This document shows, piece by piece, positions 52,001 through 62,433 of a DNA stretch of 64,000 bases. The stretch spans positions 103,542,001 to 103,606,000 of the forward strand of contig NC_086107.1 of the NCBI RefSeq assembly GCF_963921235.1. The letters are read 5' to 3'. The position numbers were made by a program, and so were the translations under genes. Each line of letters starts with the position of its first letter. Within the stretch, counting starts at the first letter, position 1. This DNA comes from Mobula hypostoma. Lineage: Eukaryota. Under the pieces are notes generated by a model, which was not told where the DNA came from, made no database searches, and saw nothing but the letters and a program-made list of their open reading frames with translations.

Positions 52001-55000
52001 CACTACTGCCATAACTTAAACTTGCAGCAACTTTAACAACGTTAAAAGTCTGAAGGAGGGGTTTGACTAGAGGAAAGAGAAGTTTGCGTTTTATTTTATT
52101 TTAACAGGCTTTCTAGCCCACTGATCCCAAATGCTCAAATACACCCATTTGACCAATTAACTTACTGACCCTTGCGTCCTTGAAATGTGGGAGGAAACCA
52201 GAGCACCCGGAGAAAGCTCACGCAGTCACAGGGAGAACCTGACTGTGGCAGAATTGAACCCTGGTCACTGGTACTGTAGTAGTGTTACACTAACCGTTAC
52301 GCTACCTTCTGGGAGGAAATTCTGAAGCTTGGTGTGGGAAGCTGAGAGAAGGTGTGACCAGGCCCAGAGACAGTCCCGCCTTCCCGATAAGCGTGATTGG
52401 AGCAAGTTTCAGCTCAGCCAGTGTTCAGTATTGGACATGCTGGTAGCAGTTCAGAGGTGCCAGCAGAAATGGTGGATATGGGTTCAATTGCAACAAAAGA
52501 GAAGTTTGGACAGGTACATGGATGGGAGGGGTACGGTGGGCTATGGTCCAGGTGCAGGTCGATGGGACTAGGCTGAATAATAGTTTGACTAGATGGGCCA
52601 AAGGGCCTGTTTCTGTACTGTAGTATCCATAATTCAATGAGAATTGGCGGAGAGGTGAAATTATTGTCTAGGTGAAGCTACAGGAGCACCACTGTTGCTG
52701 AAAGCCAGCATCTAAGAGGGAAATAGAGTGGCGGCGGAGAGATCTTTGGACACTGAAGATACTATTGCAAGAAAGGGGATTCGCTAGGCAGATGAATATG
52801 AAGCTGAACCAGGCAGCAGTCTCAAAGAGACATGCTTGAAGACCCATTTAACTGATATTTCAGACCCAGCAATGATCTCTGCTGCTGATTCAGAATTAGA
52901 CTCAGGTATTTTCACTGATGTGTCAAGAATTTTGTTGTTTTCAGAAAAATATAATTAAATTAGTAGTGCAAAAATAGAGGGGTAATGTTCGTGGGTTGTT
53001 CATTGACCATTCAGGAATCTGATGACAGAGGGGAAGAAGCTGTTCCTAAAATATTAAGTGTCTGTCTTTGAGTTCTTGTACTTCCTCTGTGATGGTAGTA
53101 ATGAAAAGAGCCCATATCCTGAGTGATGGGAGCTTTTAATGATGGATGACGCCATTTTGAGGCATCACCTCACATTTATAAAGTGGAGCTGGAATGACAG
53201 CAACATTCAATTGACACTCAAAGTTTGGAATTCTATGCCTGTTGAAGCTATCAACATCAGGTGTCAGGTGCAGCCCAGCTGCTAATTTGGTTTTCCTGCC
53301 GATTGTGATTTTATTTTCTCACTCTTTCTCTCTCTCTCAGGCAGTGACGTCTTCCCCCTCCCAGCAACAGGCGCAGCAGACTACACCCACCACTCAGTCA
53401 AAGCAAGAGCCACAAACGGAAACGATGACCCAGACAGGAAAGAAGGTGCACATTTTGTGATTGTGATGTCAAGCTAATTCTGCACCTTTCTGTAGCAGGA
53501 TACGGAGAAAGTAGGGCTGTGAAGTGGGCTCCTGTACAGTCTGGAATATCCCTTTGTTTGCCGAAGGTCTTGACTTTCCATGATGTGGAAATTGCTGGCA
53601 AGGGCAGTTTATATTGCCTATCCTTAAGTGCCCTTGAGAAGGCAGAGATGGCCCTTTGAGCCACTGTGACACTTCCAGTCAAGATGCCCCCATACTGCTG
53701 TGAGGAGAGAACTCCAGAATTTATATTCTGACTGTGAGAAAAATCTGAAGTAAATTTCTAAATCAATTTTTAAAAATTTAGAACAGGGGTTCCCAACCTG
53801 GTGTCCGTGGACCCCTTGCTTAATGGTATTGAAGAGGTTGGGAACCCCTGATTTAGAGATACAGCATGGACCAGCCTCTTCCGGTCCTCCGAGCCGCACC
53901 ACCCAACAACCCACTGATTTAACCCCAGCTTAATCACAGGACAATTTACAATGACCAGTTAACTAACTAAACGGTACGGCTTTGGAGTGTGGGAGGAAAT
54001 CCACACTCCTCATCCCAACTCCTTACAGAGGACGCCAGATTTGAACTCTGAACTCCGACGCCCCGAGCTGTAGTAGCGTCGTGCTAACCGCCACGTTTCC
54101 GTGGCACCCCAGTGGGCTGAAAGTTGCAGGGTGGCGGGTTCTGCCCTTTTCCTCCTTTCTAGGAGAAGCTACCGATGTTGGAAATGTGTAAGGAAGTACC
54201 CGCTTGATCCTTTCCAAGTTGCATCCTGTAGGTTGTTACAGCGTTGGGAGGGCAAATTTGCACTGACTGAAAGCCTGTTTGCAAGAGGCTGGTTAACTCA
54301 CTTTCTGGCCGTTTCTGCAGCCAGTATCTGACCCCTACCTATGTTTTGAACGTAGGACCAGAAAGTGGGTCTGCAGCTGATCACTGGGACATCTGGTGCT
54401 GTGCTGTCGTACGCCCTCACGCCCCAAAACCTGCAGCCATTCTTCCCAAACAACGCGACGGAAAGCTCTTTACAGACGAGGGTGAATAACGAATCCAGCT
54501 CCTCACACAAGGTGAGTTAGTGAATCACCTCAGACATTTCATAAGTATGACAAGAAGCAAAAACCTCCCACAGGTTTTAAAGGGGAGTGTAGACAGCGAT
54601 GGAGGGGGGGTGTATAGATGGTAATGTCTATTTTTCCCTAGTCCCCTGTACTTGTTCCCCTCTCTGCATTGCTTGTTTTTCTCTATGGGGTTATCAAACT
54701 TCCTGGTTGCTTGTAAAGTCCAGGAATTGAATAATCTCTGAGAGGATGCTGGAAATTTAAAAATCACATTCATTTTCTTTGAAGACATGTTGTTTGAGAG
54801 CCCTAGGGTTTTCCACTTAACATTATTAATCCAGCTGTTCCATTTCCTGTTTGTTTGTTTATTTATTGATTGATTGAGATGTAGTCTCCCAGCATTCCCT
54901 GATTTAATCTGAGCCTAACCACAGGACAATTTACATTGACCAGTTTTCTTACTAACCGGCACGTCTTTGGATTGGGGAAGGAAACCGGAGCACCTAGAGG

Positions 55001-58000
55001 CAACCCACGCAGTCACGGGGTGAACCTACAAACTCCTTACAAGCAGTGGTGGGAATTGAACCCGGGTCGCTGGTACTGTAAAGCGTTGTGCTGACCACTA
55101 CGCTATCATGTTGGTTGTGGATGGTTGATGAAACTCTTGCTGCTGTCCAACAACCACCGCCTGCAACCGGCAAACCATGAGAACCCCACCCGTTATGTCT
55201 AACTGCCACCAAGATCTGAGCTAATCTGACTTACTTACAGATATGAGCGGAATCGGCTACAGTGAAAGTTGAGTTTATACTTCATGGAGCAGAAATATTA
55301 GAAAAATTCTCTTCTGTTTGTCACACAGTGCATCAAAACATACTGTGTTATTTGTGTCAGTGACCAACACAATCCAAATGTGTCCTGGGGTGGGGGGTGG
55401 GGGGTGGGGGGGGAGCAGCTCACATGTGTCACCGTGCTTCTAGCACCAACGTAGCAAGTCCAAAACTTAATAACCCTAACTCATACTTCTTTTGGAACGG
55501 AGAAAACCCACACGGTAATAGAAAGTCAAACAAGACCACACTATAGCAATTCTTGAGGTTTATTGCCTTACAGACAAGTGTTTTGGAGCATAATCACTAA
55601 ATCATGGGATTTAGTTTGCGTTAATGATCATCCCTTCCTTGGGGATGATGTCAAGGGACCAAGTTTGATGACATCTTCCTTGTTTGTAGGTGGTGTTGGA
55701 TTAGGATGTAGAATCATTTACTTTCTTTTCTTGTATTTTAACTTCCCTATGCAAGTTCATAATTTTTATATGACCCCCTTTATCGTATGTGTAATTGTTC
55801 AGTGCTATTTTTAGTAATTGTAGTATAACGTATTCTGTATTTTCTAGAAGTTCCAGGGTTTCCTGCACCAAATGTCACACTACTGGAGTCTGGCTATTTC
55901 ATAAGTTACATCTTATCACTGGAACATGTTCTGTCTGTAGTCTGTGTATGAGACGACCATGTCTTTTTCTCTTTAACCTTTTGTTCATTCTTTGTCTTGT
56001 AACACACTGAACAAAATGCTGTAACCACCAAGTTTAATGCCTTGTTGTTGACTTCTGAGGTCCTCCAGATCAAAATCATCTGATCCAAATTGGTCTTCCA
56101 AGAGAAGGTGGTATGAGGGAGTGGGAATGGGAATGAGAAATGCCTTGGTTTCATCAGTATTCTCCAGCAACAAATTTTGGAGAAGCATACCAATGTGCAT
56201 TTCCCTGATCACAGTCCGTGCACCATTGCCACCCTGATTGGTCACTTTATTTCCCCTTCTCCTTTTCATAGAGGAACTTGTGTCATCACGTCATCTCCCC
56301 GTCGCCTCCACCTCACTGTGAAACAAGGAAGTTCTGTGGCCAGAGAACCTGGCCCAGTCAACATGCTGTCTTTTCTGTCTTGGTTTGTGACTGATGGTCT
56401 CACTTTTGTTTTACCATTTTCAGGAGAACTCCAGAAGCCAGGAGATGGATGATTTGTTTGATATCCTCATTGAAAGTGGAGGTAAGATAACAATGGTAGA
56501 ATACTGCTTTTTGCTGGAGTTTGATCATTTATATCATGCTGCCGAAACCAGTAATGTTGACTGCAAGCAACACACACAAAATGTTAGAGGAACTCAGCAG
56601 GTCAGGTATGGGGGGGAATAAACAGTCAGTGTTTCGGACCAGGTTCTTCAGTGGTTCAAATTAATATCAGAGAATGTGTACAGTTTACAACCTGAAATCT
56701 GTGCTCCTCACAGACATCCACAAAACAGAAAAAACCAAGAAGAGTGAATGACAGAAAACGGTAGAACCCCAAAGCCCCCCCATGCATAAACAGCAGAAAA
56801 AGCACCAACCCCCCCACTTGCTGCAGAAAAAGCACCAACCCCCCTCCCACTTGCTCCAGAAAAAGCACCAAACCCCCCCCACTTGCTCCAGAAAGAGCAC
56901 CAACCCCCCCACTTGCTCCAGAAAAAGCACCAACCCCCCGCCACTTGCTGCAGAAAAAGCACCAACCCCCCCCACTTGCTGCAGAAAGAGCACCAACCCC
57001 CCCACTTGCTCCAGAAAAAGCACCAACCCCCCCACTTGCTCCAGAAAAAGCACCAACCCCCCCACTTGCTGCAGAAAGAGCACCAACCCCCCCACTTGCT
57101 CCAGAAAAAGCACCAACCCCCCCCACTTGCTCCAGAAAAAGCACCAACCCCCCCACTTGCTGCAGAAAGAGCACCAACCCCCCCACTTGCTCCAGAAAAA
57201 GCACCAACCCCCCCACTTGCTCCAGAAAAAGCACCAACCCCCCCCACTTGCTCCAGAAAAAGCACCAACCCCCCCACTTGCTGCAGAAAGAGCACCAACC
57301 CCCCCACTTGCTCCAGAAAAAGCACCAACCCCCCCACTTGCTCCAGAAAAAGCACCAACCCCCCCCACTTGCTCCAGAAAAAGCACCAACCCTCCACCAC
57401 CCATCATGCAAGCAAAGGCAACACCAAACAGATCGTGATCTCGAGTCCATCAAAAACTACTGTCCATCCCAACAGTTTGACATCTCAGGCAGGCTCTCTC
57501 GCTCACTAGCGAGGGAGAGAGAGATATCGTTCCTGCAGCAGACGAGGGGGGAGACCAACAGCTTCAAAATGGAAGGGCGCCTCTTTAGGACTGAGGTGAG
57601 GAGGAATTTCTTTAGCTGGGGGTGGTGAATCTGTGGAATTCATTGCCACAGATGGCTGTGGAGGCCAAGTCGTTGGGTATATTTAAAGTGGAGGCTGATA
57701 GGTTCTTGATGAGTAAGGGTCTCAAATGTTACGGGGGAAAGGGAGGAGAATGGATGTGAGAGGGTTAATAAATCTGCTATGATGGAATGGCGGAGCAGAC
57801 TATAGGCCAAATGACTTAATTCTGCTCCTATGTCTTATGGTCTTAACTTTCCTCCCCTCACATCCTGTTGCACCATTCTTTTGACACTGACATCCTCCAA
57901 TCTTCCATGTTTGCAGAAGATCCTGTCTTCCTGTGGGAGCCCAGGTGCTGAACTTCCATTATTTTCTCAGTCAGCTTTCAGGAGAGACCATGCATAGCCA

Positions 58001-59112
58001 TGTCTAGATTTTGGTCAAGCTGAAACCCTGGGCAATTGACGTTGACTGCATATTTAGTGCCTGCTCTCCAAATGTGTCATCAGTCCCTGGCCAACTTCTA
58101 GGGCACAGACCCCTTGCTTATTGTTATTGGTCCATGACATAAAAAAGATGGGAACCCCCTGTTCAAGGGTTTAATGTACCCTTGAACACATGCATCCCCT
58201 GGTGGTGGGGGAGCTGATTTCAGGTGGTTTGGTGGGGAGGTGTGATGGAAATTCTAATTAAACTCAGGCCTGGTTTTAGAAGAGGTTGGGGAGGGGAGTG
58301 CATACTTTTCTGCAGTGCTCCGGATTAGGATGGGTTAATGATCAATATATTTAGAAAGTTATTGAGTGCTGAAAGGGATGGGCACCAAGGTGGCCTGAAG
58401 GATTTGCTTCCATGCTCTGATACTCTAGGTATTGGATTAAAACAAGCTTAATCCTGCATTCAGTCAAGAAGCGCATTGGGAGGTTAAAAGCTTCCCAATC
58501 AAATTGTGGAGCGTTGAAGCAAGAGTAGAATAATACAAAGAAGGAGAAATAATCAAAGCTGTTGCTTATGTTCTTTTCCTTTCATTCACAGAAATCTCCG
58601 TCAATGCCAAGGACGCTACCACCTCTTTAAACACGCCGTCTCCGCAGAGTGTCTCGCCCACGCTTGCCGTGTCCTCGCCACAGACTTCTCTCAAAGTGGA
58701 GCCACCGTCTCCACAGCTGTTGCTGGAGCCCATCACCGACAGCCAGTTCAGTAACCAAGAGAGCCGACTCGAGGACTTTCTAGTAAGCACAACCGGTGTC
58801 CCGTTGTTATCAGTTGACCACGATGGAACTCAGCCTCTCTCGCTCATCGACGACCTACACAACCAAATGCTGAGCAGCTCCAGTATACTGGAGCACCCGC
58901 ACTCTCCCATGGACACCTCGGACATGCACTTCACCACCGACAGCACCTGCCTGACCCTGGACCTTGCTGACACTAACTTGGACAGTATGGAGTGGCTAGA
59001 TCTTACCATGGGTGGCTCCTCGGTGGGCCTGGCTCCTCTGAACTCTGTGTCCCACAGTGTCTTCTCTACTGACTTCCTAGACAGTCACGACCTGCATTTA
59101 CACTGGGATTAA
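15988..59112 (+). CDS. MRTFA: Myocardin-related transcription factor, most likely MRTF-A; 5'-partial, 12 coding exons, 2972 nt (~990 aa)
   Basis: Exons 15988-16043, 18484-18559, 26370-26531, 38098-38270, 40976-41101, 44221-44471, 47866-48025, 48709-49836, 53341-53445, 54356-54511, 56424-56481, 58592-59112 all have AG/GT boundaries and join in phase with no internal stop. [26 protein letters not shown] and the terminal [16 protein letters not shown] resemble MRTF-A more than MRTF-B. The RPEL3 exon (QATQMK...[11 protein letters not shown]) is MRTF-B-like, so the paralog call is not certain. Confidence 0.88.
17353..18022. mobile_element. Non-autonomous DNA transposon (hAT-like), 13-bp TIRs, internal (CT/CG)n low-complexity tract; inserted in a SINE
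   Basis: CAGACATCCCACC...GGTGGGACGTCTG; subterminal GCGGGAGACTCCCGGAACTT repeats. Confidence 0.75.
18484..18559 (+). CDS. MRTFA: MRTF exon, RPEL2 ([25 protein letters not shown])
   Basis: ttgcag|ACT...GAA G|gtaaga; 76 nt. Confidence 0.97.
22605..22990 (+). mobile_element. ~390-bp non-autonomous RTE-related retroposon (other copies at 5993-6385 and 19814-20160, both minus)
   Basis: Three mutually alignable copies; gaagaaggcaatgg.aaa.cacttc...tttgccaagaa motif like RTE/BovB-derived SINEs; (GAT)n tail. Confidence 0.65.
24005..24535 (+). mobile_element. Rex1/Babar-type LINE 3' fragment
   Basis: [10 protein letters not shown]...[18 protein letters not shown] sequence and aaacctg..tctga tail. 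Confidence 0.75.
26370..26531 (+). CDS. MRTFA: MRTF exon, B2 basic element and RPEL3
   Basis: gtgcag|AG ACT TCA...ATA G|gtaagc; [43 protein letters not shown]. Confidence 0.97.
27405..28238 (+). mobile_element. Penelope-like element 3' part: decayed GIY-YIG endonuclease plus pLTR with hammerhead motif
   Basis: [19 protein letters not shown]..., [36 protein letters not shown]; then cagtc-CTGATGA-agggtctcgaccc-AAAA-catc-gact at 28106-28143. Confidence 0.88.
28406..29989 (+). mobile_element. Full-length Tc1-family (DD34E) DNA transposon, long TIRs, TA TSD, decayed transposase
   Basis: TA|CAGTGCCTATAAAAAGTATTCAC...GTGAATACCTTTTATAGACACTG|TA; ~200 bp imperfect TIRs; inserted within a CR1 ORF2 remnant. 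Confidence 0.95.
28798..29780 (+). pseudogene. Tc1 transposase pseudogene
   Basis: MKTK...[16 protein letters not shown] (paired-like HTH), [34 protein letters not shown]; interrupted by stops and frameshifts. Confidence 0.9.
30428..31320 (+). mobile_element. Rex1/Babar-type LINE, 5'-truncated, RT C-terminus still open (234 aa), (AATCT)n tail
   Basis: [42 protein letters not shown]-like C-terminus; aataaagttgaatctaatctaatctaa. Confidence 0.88.
32685..33307. mobile_element. Composite Tc1/mariner-type MITE: two mini-elements flanking captured DNA
   Basis: TA|CA(A/G)TACTGTGCAAAA.TCTTAG.CAC TIRs at 32685, 32835 (inverted), 33241 and 33307 (inverted). Confidence 0.7.
35861..37419 (-). mobile_element. 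Two tandem 5'-truncated Rex1/Babar-type LINE copies (~35861-36478 and ~36482-37419)
   Basis: Each has the [14 protein letters not shown]-terminus and a ttcaaagtaaatttattat tail; the second includes YKFADDT. Confidence 0.82.
38098..38270 (+). CDS. MRTFA: MRTF exon ([16 protein letters not shown])
   Basis: ttgcag|AT AAT...ACC CAG|gtttgg; 173 nt. Confidence 0.95.
38570..39032 (+). mobile_element. Penelope-like element 3' fragment with degenerate hammerhead
   Basis: [22 protein letters not shown] end of GIY-YIG, pyrimidine-rich UTR, ctgatgt...gaag. Confidence 0.75.
40976..41101 (+). CDS. MRTFA: MRTF exon (YLVSLPTG...NG...AKPVPTLIK)
   Basis: ttgcag|TAT...ATT AAA|gtaagc; 126 nt, phase 0/0; ends in the conserved PTLIK; not in the ORF track. 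Confidence 0.92.
41320..41755 (-). mobile_element. Non-autonomous, internally deleted RTE (Expander-like 5' UTR joined to 3' end); second copy at ~25735-26120
   Basis: Reverse complement ...gagctatgttg...ggtagggtcacccatgccaaacag...gggttcagctc.aggcta.aacaaccc, resembling fish RTE 5' UTRs. Confidence 0.55.
42192..42228 (-). ncRNA. Minimal type-I hammerhead ribozyme motif, best-preserved copy
   Basis: Reverse complement: aguc-CUGAUGA-A-gggccucggacc-GAAA-UG-UC-ggcu; helix I aguc/ggcu, helix II with one mismatch, core intact. Confidence 0.65.
42410..44030 (+). mobile_element. Decayed CR1 ORF2 remnant interrupted by a Rex1 tail and two PLE fold-back inserts
   Basis: [22 protein letters not shown]; later yseqfw/LERVQKR-type segments. 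Confidence 0.75.
44221..44471 (+). CDS. MRTFA: MRTF exon, B1 (SRF-binding) and Q-rich domains
   Basis: attcag|CAA...CCA AA|gtaagt; [33 protein letters not shown]. Confidence 0.97.
45236..45314. mobile_element. ~80-bp hAT/Charlie-like MITE
   Basis: CAG.GGT(T)CCCAACC...GGTTGGAACCCCTG; 8-bp TSD ctataagg/ctataaag. Confidence 0.8.
45564..46919 (-). mobile_element. Rex1/Babar-type LINE fragment with RT core, nested in a minus-strand CR1 3' end
   Basis: [43 protein letters not shown]; the CR1 host continues at 45445-45563 and 46920-47110. Confidence 0.88.
47866..48025 (+). CDS. MRTFA: MRTF exon, start of SAP domain (...LPSNLDDLK)
   Basis: tcttag|A CAG AAC...CTG AAG|gtgagt; 160 nt. Confidence 0.94.
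48215..48680. repeat. C/T-rich degenerate repeat (ggtctctgacacc-like units) filling the intron that splits the SAP domain
   Basis: Recurrent (g)ggtctctga(c/t)acc and ccccac motifs. Confidence 0.6.
48709..49836 (+). CDS. MRTFA: MRTF large exon: SAP domain, STPPVSP phospho-motif, leucine zipper, SUMO-type VKQE motifs
   Basis: gcgtag|GTG GCC GAG...ACA CAG|gtactc; 1128 nt; [59 protein letters not shown]. Confidence 0.95.
50620..50653 (+). ncRNA. Minimal hammerhead motif (sense to MRTF), core intact, helix II damaged
   Basis: guc-CUGAUGA-A-ggguuucggcua-GAAA-CG-UU-gac. Confidence 0.55.
51118..51885 (-). mobile_element. Penelope-like element 3' part: decayed GIY-YIG plus pLTR with hammerhead motif
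   Basis: ORF 51494-51781 [41 protein letters not shown]; hammerhead at 51182-51219 on the minus strand. Confidence 0.85.
53341..53445 (+). CDS. MRTFA: MRTF exon, low-complexity Q/T/S linker
   Basis: Long pyrimidine tract ...ctctcag|GCA GTG...AAG AAG|gtgcac; 105 nt, phase 0/0; weaker donor and little homology. Confidence 0.75.
53784..53850. mobile_element. hAT/Charlie-like MITE, same family
   Basis: Perfect TIR CAGGGGTTCCCAACC; TSD atttagaa/atttagag. Other copies at 15695-15774, 44805-44887 and 58081-58161. Confidence 0.8.
54356..54511 (+). CDS. MRTFA: MRTF exon ([11 protein letters not shown]...NLQPFFP...SSHK)
   Basis: ctgac branch point, acgtag|GAC CAG...CAC AAG|gtgagt; 156 nt, open, phase 0/0; LQPFF resembles MRTF-A LQPLF. 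Confidence 0.8.
56424..56481 (+). CDS. MRTFA: MRTF exon ([19 protein letters not shown])
   Basis: tttcag|GAG AAC...GGA G|gtaaga; conserved MDDLFDILI motif. Confidence 0.96.
56791..57392. repeat. Minisatellite, ~20 copies of a 30-31 bp unit ACTTGCT(C/G)CAGAAA(A/G)AGCACCAA(C)7-8, inside a minus-strand LINE 3' UTR
   Basis: Directly visible; it accounts for the six long repetitive ORFs at 56656-57628. Confidence 0.95.
57560..57845 (+). mobile_element. CR1 LINE 3' end
   Basis: [20 protein letters not shown]; tail ctatgtcttatggtctta. Confidence 0.78.
58592..59112 (+). CDS. MRTFA: MRTF last coding exon, transactivation domain
   Basis: tcacag|AA ATC TCC...[50 protein letters not shown]. Confidence 0.97.
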
Positions 59113-61100
59113 CATCAGCGGCCAAAACGTTGAGGGCGATCCTTCGCAAAGCCTCTTGATCAGTGTGGGACTTTAGTGCGCTGGTGCCGAATCAGGGTGA
59201 GTGTCCTCGAGCATGGTTCTTCGCTGTCACTTTAACTGAGCAGGACCTGCACACGAGTCAGCGATGCACATCCTCTTGTGAAGCATCAGAGGGTCTTCCC
59301 TGTTCAAGAGTCACGGGCAAATACAGGCTGGAGCACGCTGCTGTAACTCTGAGCCCAACCACTGCTGCTGGGGGAGCCACCCCCGGATTAGAGTTCAGAT
59401 CAGAGGATGGACTTAATTAAAAGTTGACCAGAACACAATGGAGTCTTTTGATCTTAGCCTTCACATAGCTTCTGGGCTGGACCTGTGGAGAGACGGATCC
59501 CCCTCCCAGCACACATTAACACTTAGTTTCTCCATTGCCAAGTCTGTCTCTTTGCACTGATTGGGGCAAGTAAATGTTCTTTTTTTTTGAAACAGGAACC
59601 CAAAGGTACATTAACAGAGTTAGAAATGGAAAGTTACCACCAAACCTCCCCACCAGCCCAGCCCCTTGAGGACAAGTCTGAATGTTATTGTGGTCTGTCT
59701 CCAGAGCACGTGTCTCGGTCTGTCGTGGCATTGCCCTAAGATCATAAACTAAGACCTGTGCTTGTGACTGCTTTGGATTGTGACCATGGCGTTTTGGCTT
59801 GTTGTGAAATAGTTTATTTCTTGCCCAGCAACCCCAGCAGTGTTTGCTTTAGTCTGAGGAGAGGAGTTGAATTTAGCCCTGGACAGCCTTCACCAGGCCC
59901 CTAATGTGCCATTCATTCTCAGTCAGATTTTGAGTTGGACTATTGGATCAGGCAAGTGTTGTCTCCAGCACGCCCCAAGGATAGCTGCGACTTTCCCCAA
60001 AGGTTTTCCACGTCAGAGAGCACCAAGTTCCATTCTGTCCACTTAATCTAAGCCTGTAACCAAGAGGTCTGAGTTCAACTAGGAGAGGGTCACAACTGTC
60101 CAGTGCTGTCTTTGTGGCGTTGACACCACATCTACGTCCTGGGGCTGTTAGTTACTGATAACAAGCTTTCAACGGCTGGCTGGCGTCTCAGAGTCGGGTG
60201 AAAGATCTCTTTGGCCCTCTTGGTTTGAGGGTGTGGGGCTGTCTGTCTGTTTACTCTTTCCTTGTCAACCAGAGCTGTGTCATCTCGGCAGGGTATCCGT
60301 CAGCCTCCTGCATGCCTCACCCTTCAAACCGTGAAGGGGACCTGAAAAGCTGAGGGTTCAATGTCGGAAAGGGCCATGAATTGCCACAGTATTTCTTAAA
60401 AGTGAACAAAAAAGGATTTTTAAAATCCGCTGCAGGAAGAAGAAATTGTCCTTCTTGCCAGCTACATGATTTTTTTTAAACTGTAAAGTTACAATCATTT
60501 AGAATGTAAACCGAAATTGCATACTGTAATATATGCACTTGAAGTCATATCTGTGTATGAGTTACATAGCTATGTTCTGCTATGTTATTATAAATCACTG
60601 ATTACATAACACTGGTGTACGGGGCCCACTTTTGACAACAAGCCTTGAAAGTGACAACTTGTCCAGCCTAGTGAATAGCAGTTAAATTTTGCCTCTGTGG
60701 GTTTCTGGTACAGAGCTTGTGTGACTCCCCGGTGTAGTCAACTTCACACTGTGAGTTATAGCACGACCAAGCTAATGCATTTTCATTCAGAACCAAGGGA
60801 TCTTGGCTGGGAATGGAACAGCATTAACTTGGGAACATGGAAGGATTATGTGCTTAGTTCTAGATTAATTACACTAATCTGAAGGAATCTTAAGAGGAAC
60901 AAGCCTTTGGAAGTTTGGAAAGAGTGACAAAGGAGTGGAAGTTGCCTTGAATTCCTTGTTTCTTTCACATTAAATTAGAGCTACCGGGCATTGTGTTGTG
61001 TTCTGGACAATGCTGTGATTTTTTTTGTTTATATTATATATATTCTTGAAACATTTGATATGTGTTTCTCAATCAATTTGGCACATTCTGCAACCCTTGT
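59113..61100 (+). other. Probable MRTF 3' UTR (end uncertain)
   Basis: About 2 kb with no recognisable TE after the stop, AU-rich toward 60400-61070; ATTAAA near 60969; first clear AATAAA near 63108. Confidence 0.5.
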
Positions 61101-62433
61101 AGTTGAAGGCAGAGAGTACATCATGCTTAAATCACTATTGCAAGCTAGTGGCCAAGTCATCCTTTCTAGTAGCCAAAAGTGAAGTTACTGTGGTCTTTAT
61201 ATAACCCAGAAAGGGGTTGAGTGTCATTGCTTTGGCAATCAGTTCTTTGTTATTTTTTTAATTGTATGTTCTCATTGACCATAAGCTGCGTTTCAGTACA
61301 GCTCTCTATAAGAGCTACCTGTTTGATTCTTTTGTAGAAGGGTTGAGAGAGTTAACGTTGCATCCTGGTGTATACAGAATCCAGAGCGAGCGGAGGGGGA
61401 GCATTTGAAATGGGGTTGGGGAAATGATTTGAAGGTTCAAAAATTGCTGATTTGATCAAAGGTACAGAAGCCCACAACCTTCCAAACACCACCTCCCACA
61501 CCAAAGTAGCAAAGGGTGGGTTTTATTGAAAGTCTCAAATCCCACTCCCAGTGAACCTGATATTCATCTAACTTGCACTGAAGAGCCATGTCTGAGAGCT
61601 TGGAGGCTATTAAACAGTTAATTTCTCTCCACCTCCCCCAACCAAAATTGATACATTTTTGTCCAATCAACTTTATCCATACACTGTTAAAATAGATGAT
61701 TTATTTTTTGAGATACAGTGTGGAATACGCTATTTTCAGCCTGAGCCACGCCACCCAGCAATCCCCGATTTAGTCATAGCCTAATCCTGGTTCAATTTAC
61801 AATGACCAATTATTCTACCAACCGGTACGTCTTTGAATTGTGGGAGAAAACAAAAGCACCCAGAGGAAACCCACGTGGTCACGGGCAGAATGTACAAACT
61901 CCTTACAGAGAGCAGTGGAAATTGAATCCGGGTCGCCTGTACTGTAAAGTGTTGTGCTAACCACACCACTGTTGATGTTGCTGAGTTGGAAAACTTGGCG
62001 AGTTCTGTACCTGTGCATTGAGCCTTAGTTTTGGTGAGCCAGTGCAAACCAAGTGACATATCTGGACATGGAACCTCCATACTGGAAGCCACCTCCTCTT
62101 CCCTAGCACAGAAGTGGTGAGCACACTTTCTGATGGTGCTTTGTGATTCTGAGAACACTCAAGAGACACGGCATGCTGAGCAAAATTTGAAGGGGCTGAG
62201 CTGAGTTCTCTCTCACCGTCATTTCATTTTATCCATCCCTAAAAAAGTTCTCTGACCAGAATGGTCTCCAGCCAGGATGGATCTTGTTAGCAAATCCCTG
62301 AGTGTATGTTGAATGTTGCCACCTGAACTCAGTTGGTGAATGGAGTTTGTATATTGTGTATTGTCCTGTCAATTCTGGTGTTAAGTCGTCATCAAACCCT
62401 TTGATCATAGGTAGCTCGGGTGGTTGATGGCTA

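Noticed and set aside
54321..54355. Alternative upstream acceptor (ctgcag) for the 54356 exon
   Set aside because: Adds 35 nt, shifts the frame and hits TGA. The same applies to the acceptors at 40956 and 47869, which also shift the frame.
55805..55814. Perfect MEF2 site CTATTTTTAG (also a STAT-like TTCCCGGGAA at 10088-10097)
   Set aside because: Isolated 10-mers in 64 kb with no clustering or conservation evidence.
56791..57392. CRISPR-like regular ~30-bp repeats
   Set aside because: No unique spacers, eukaryotic intron; plain tandem repeat.
56656..57628. Six ORFs of 200-265 aa on both strands
   Set aside because: Products of a stop-free 30-bp minisatellite; no splice or homology support.
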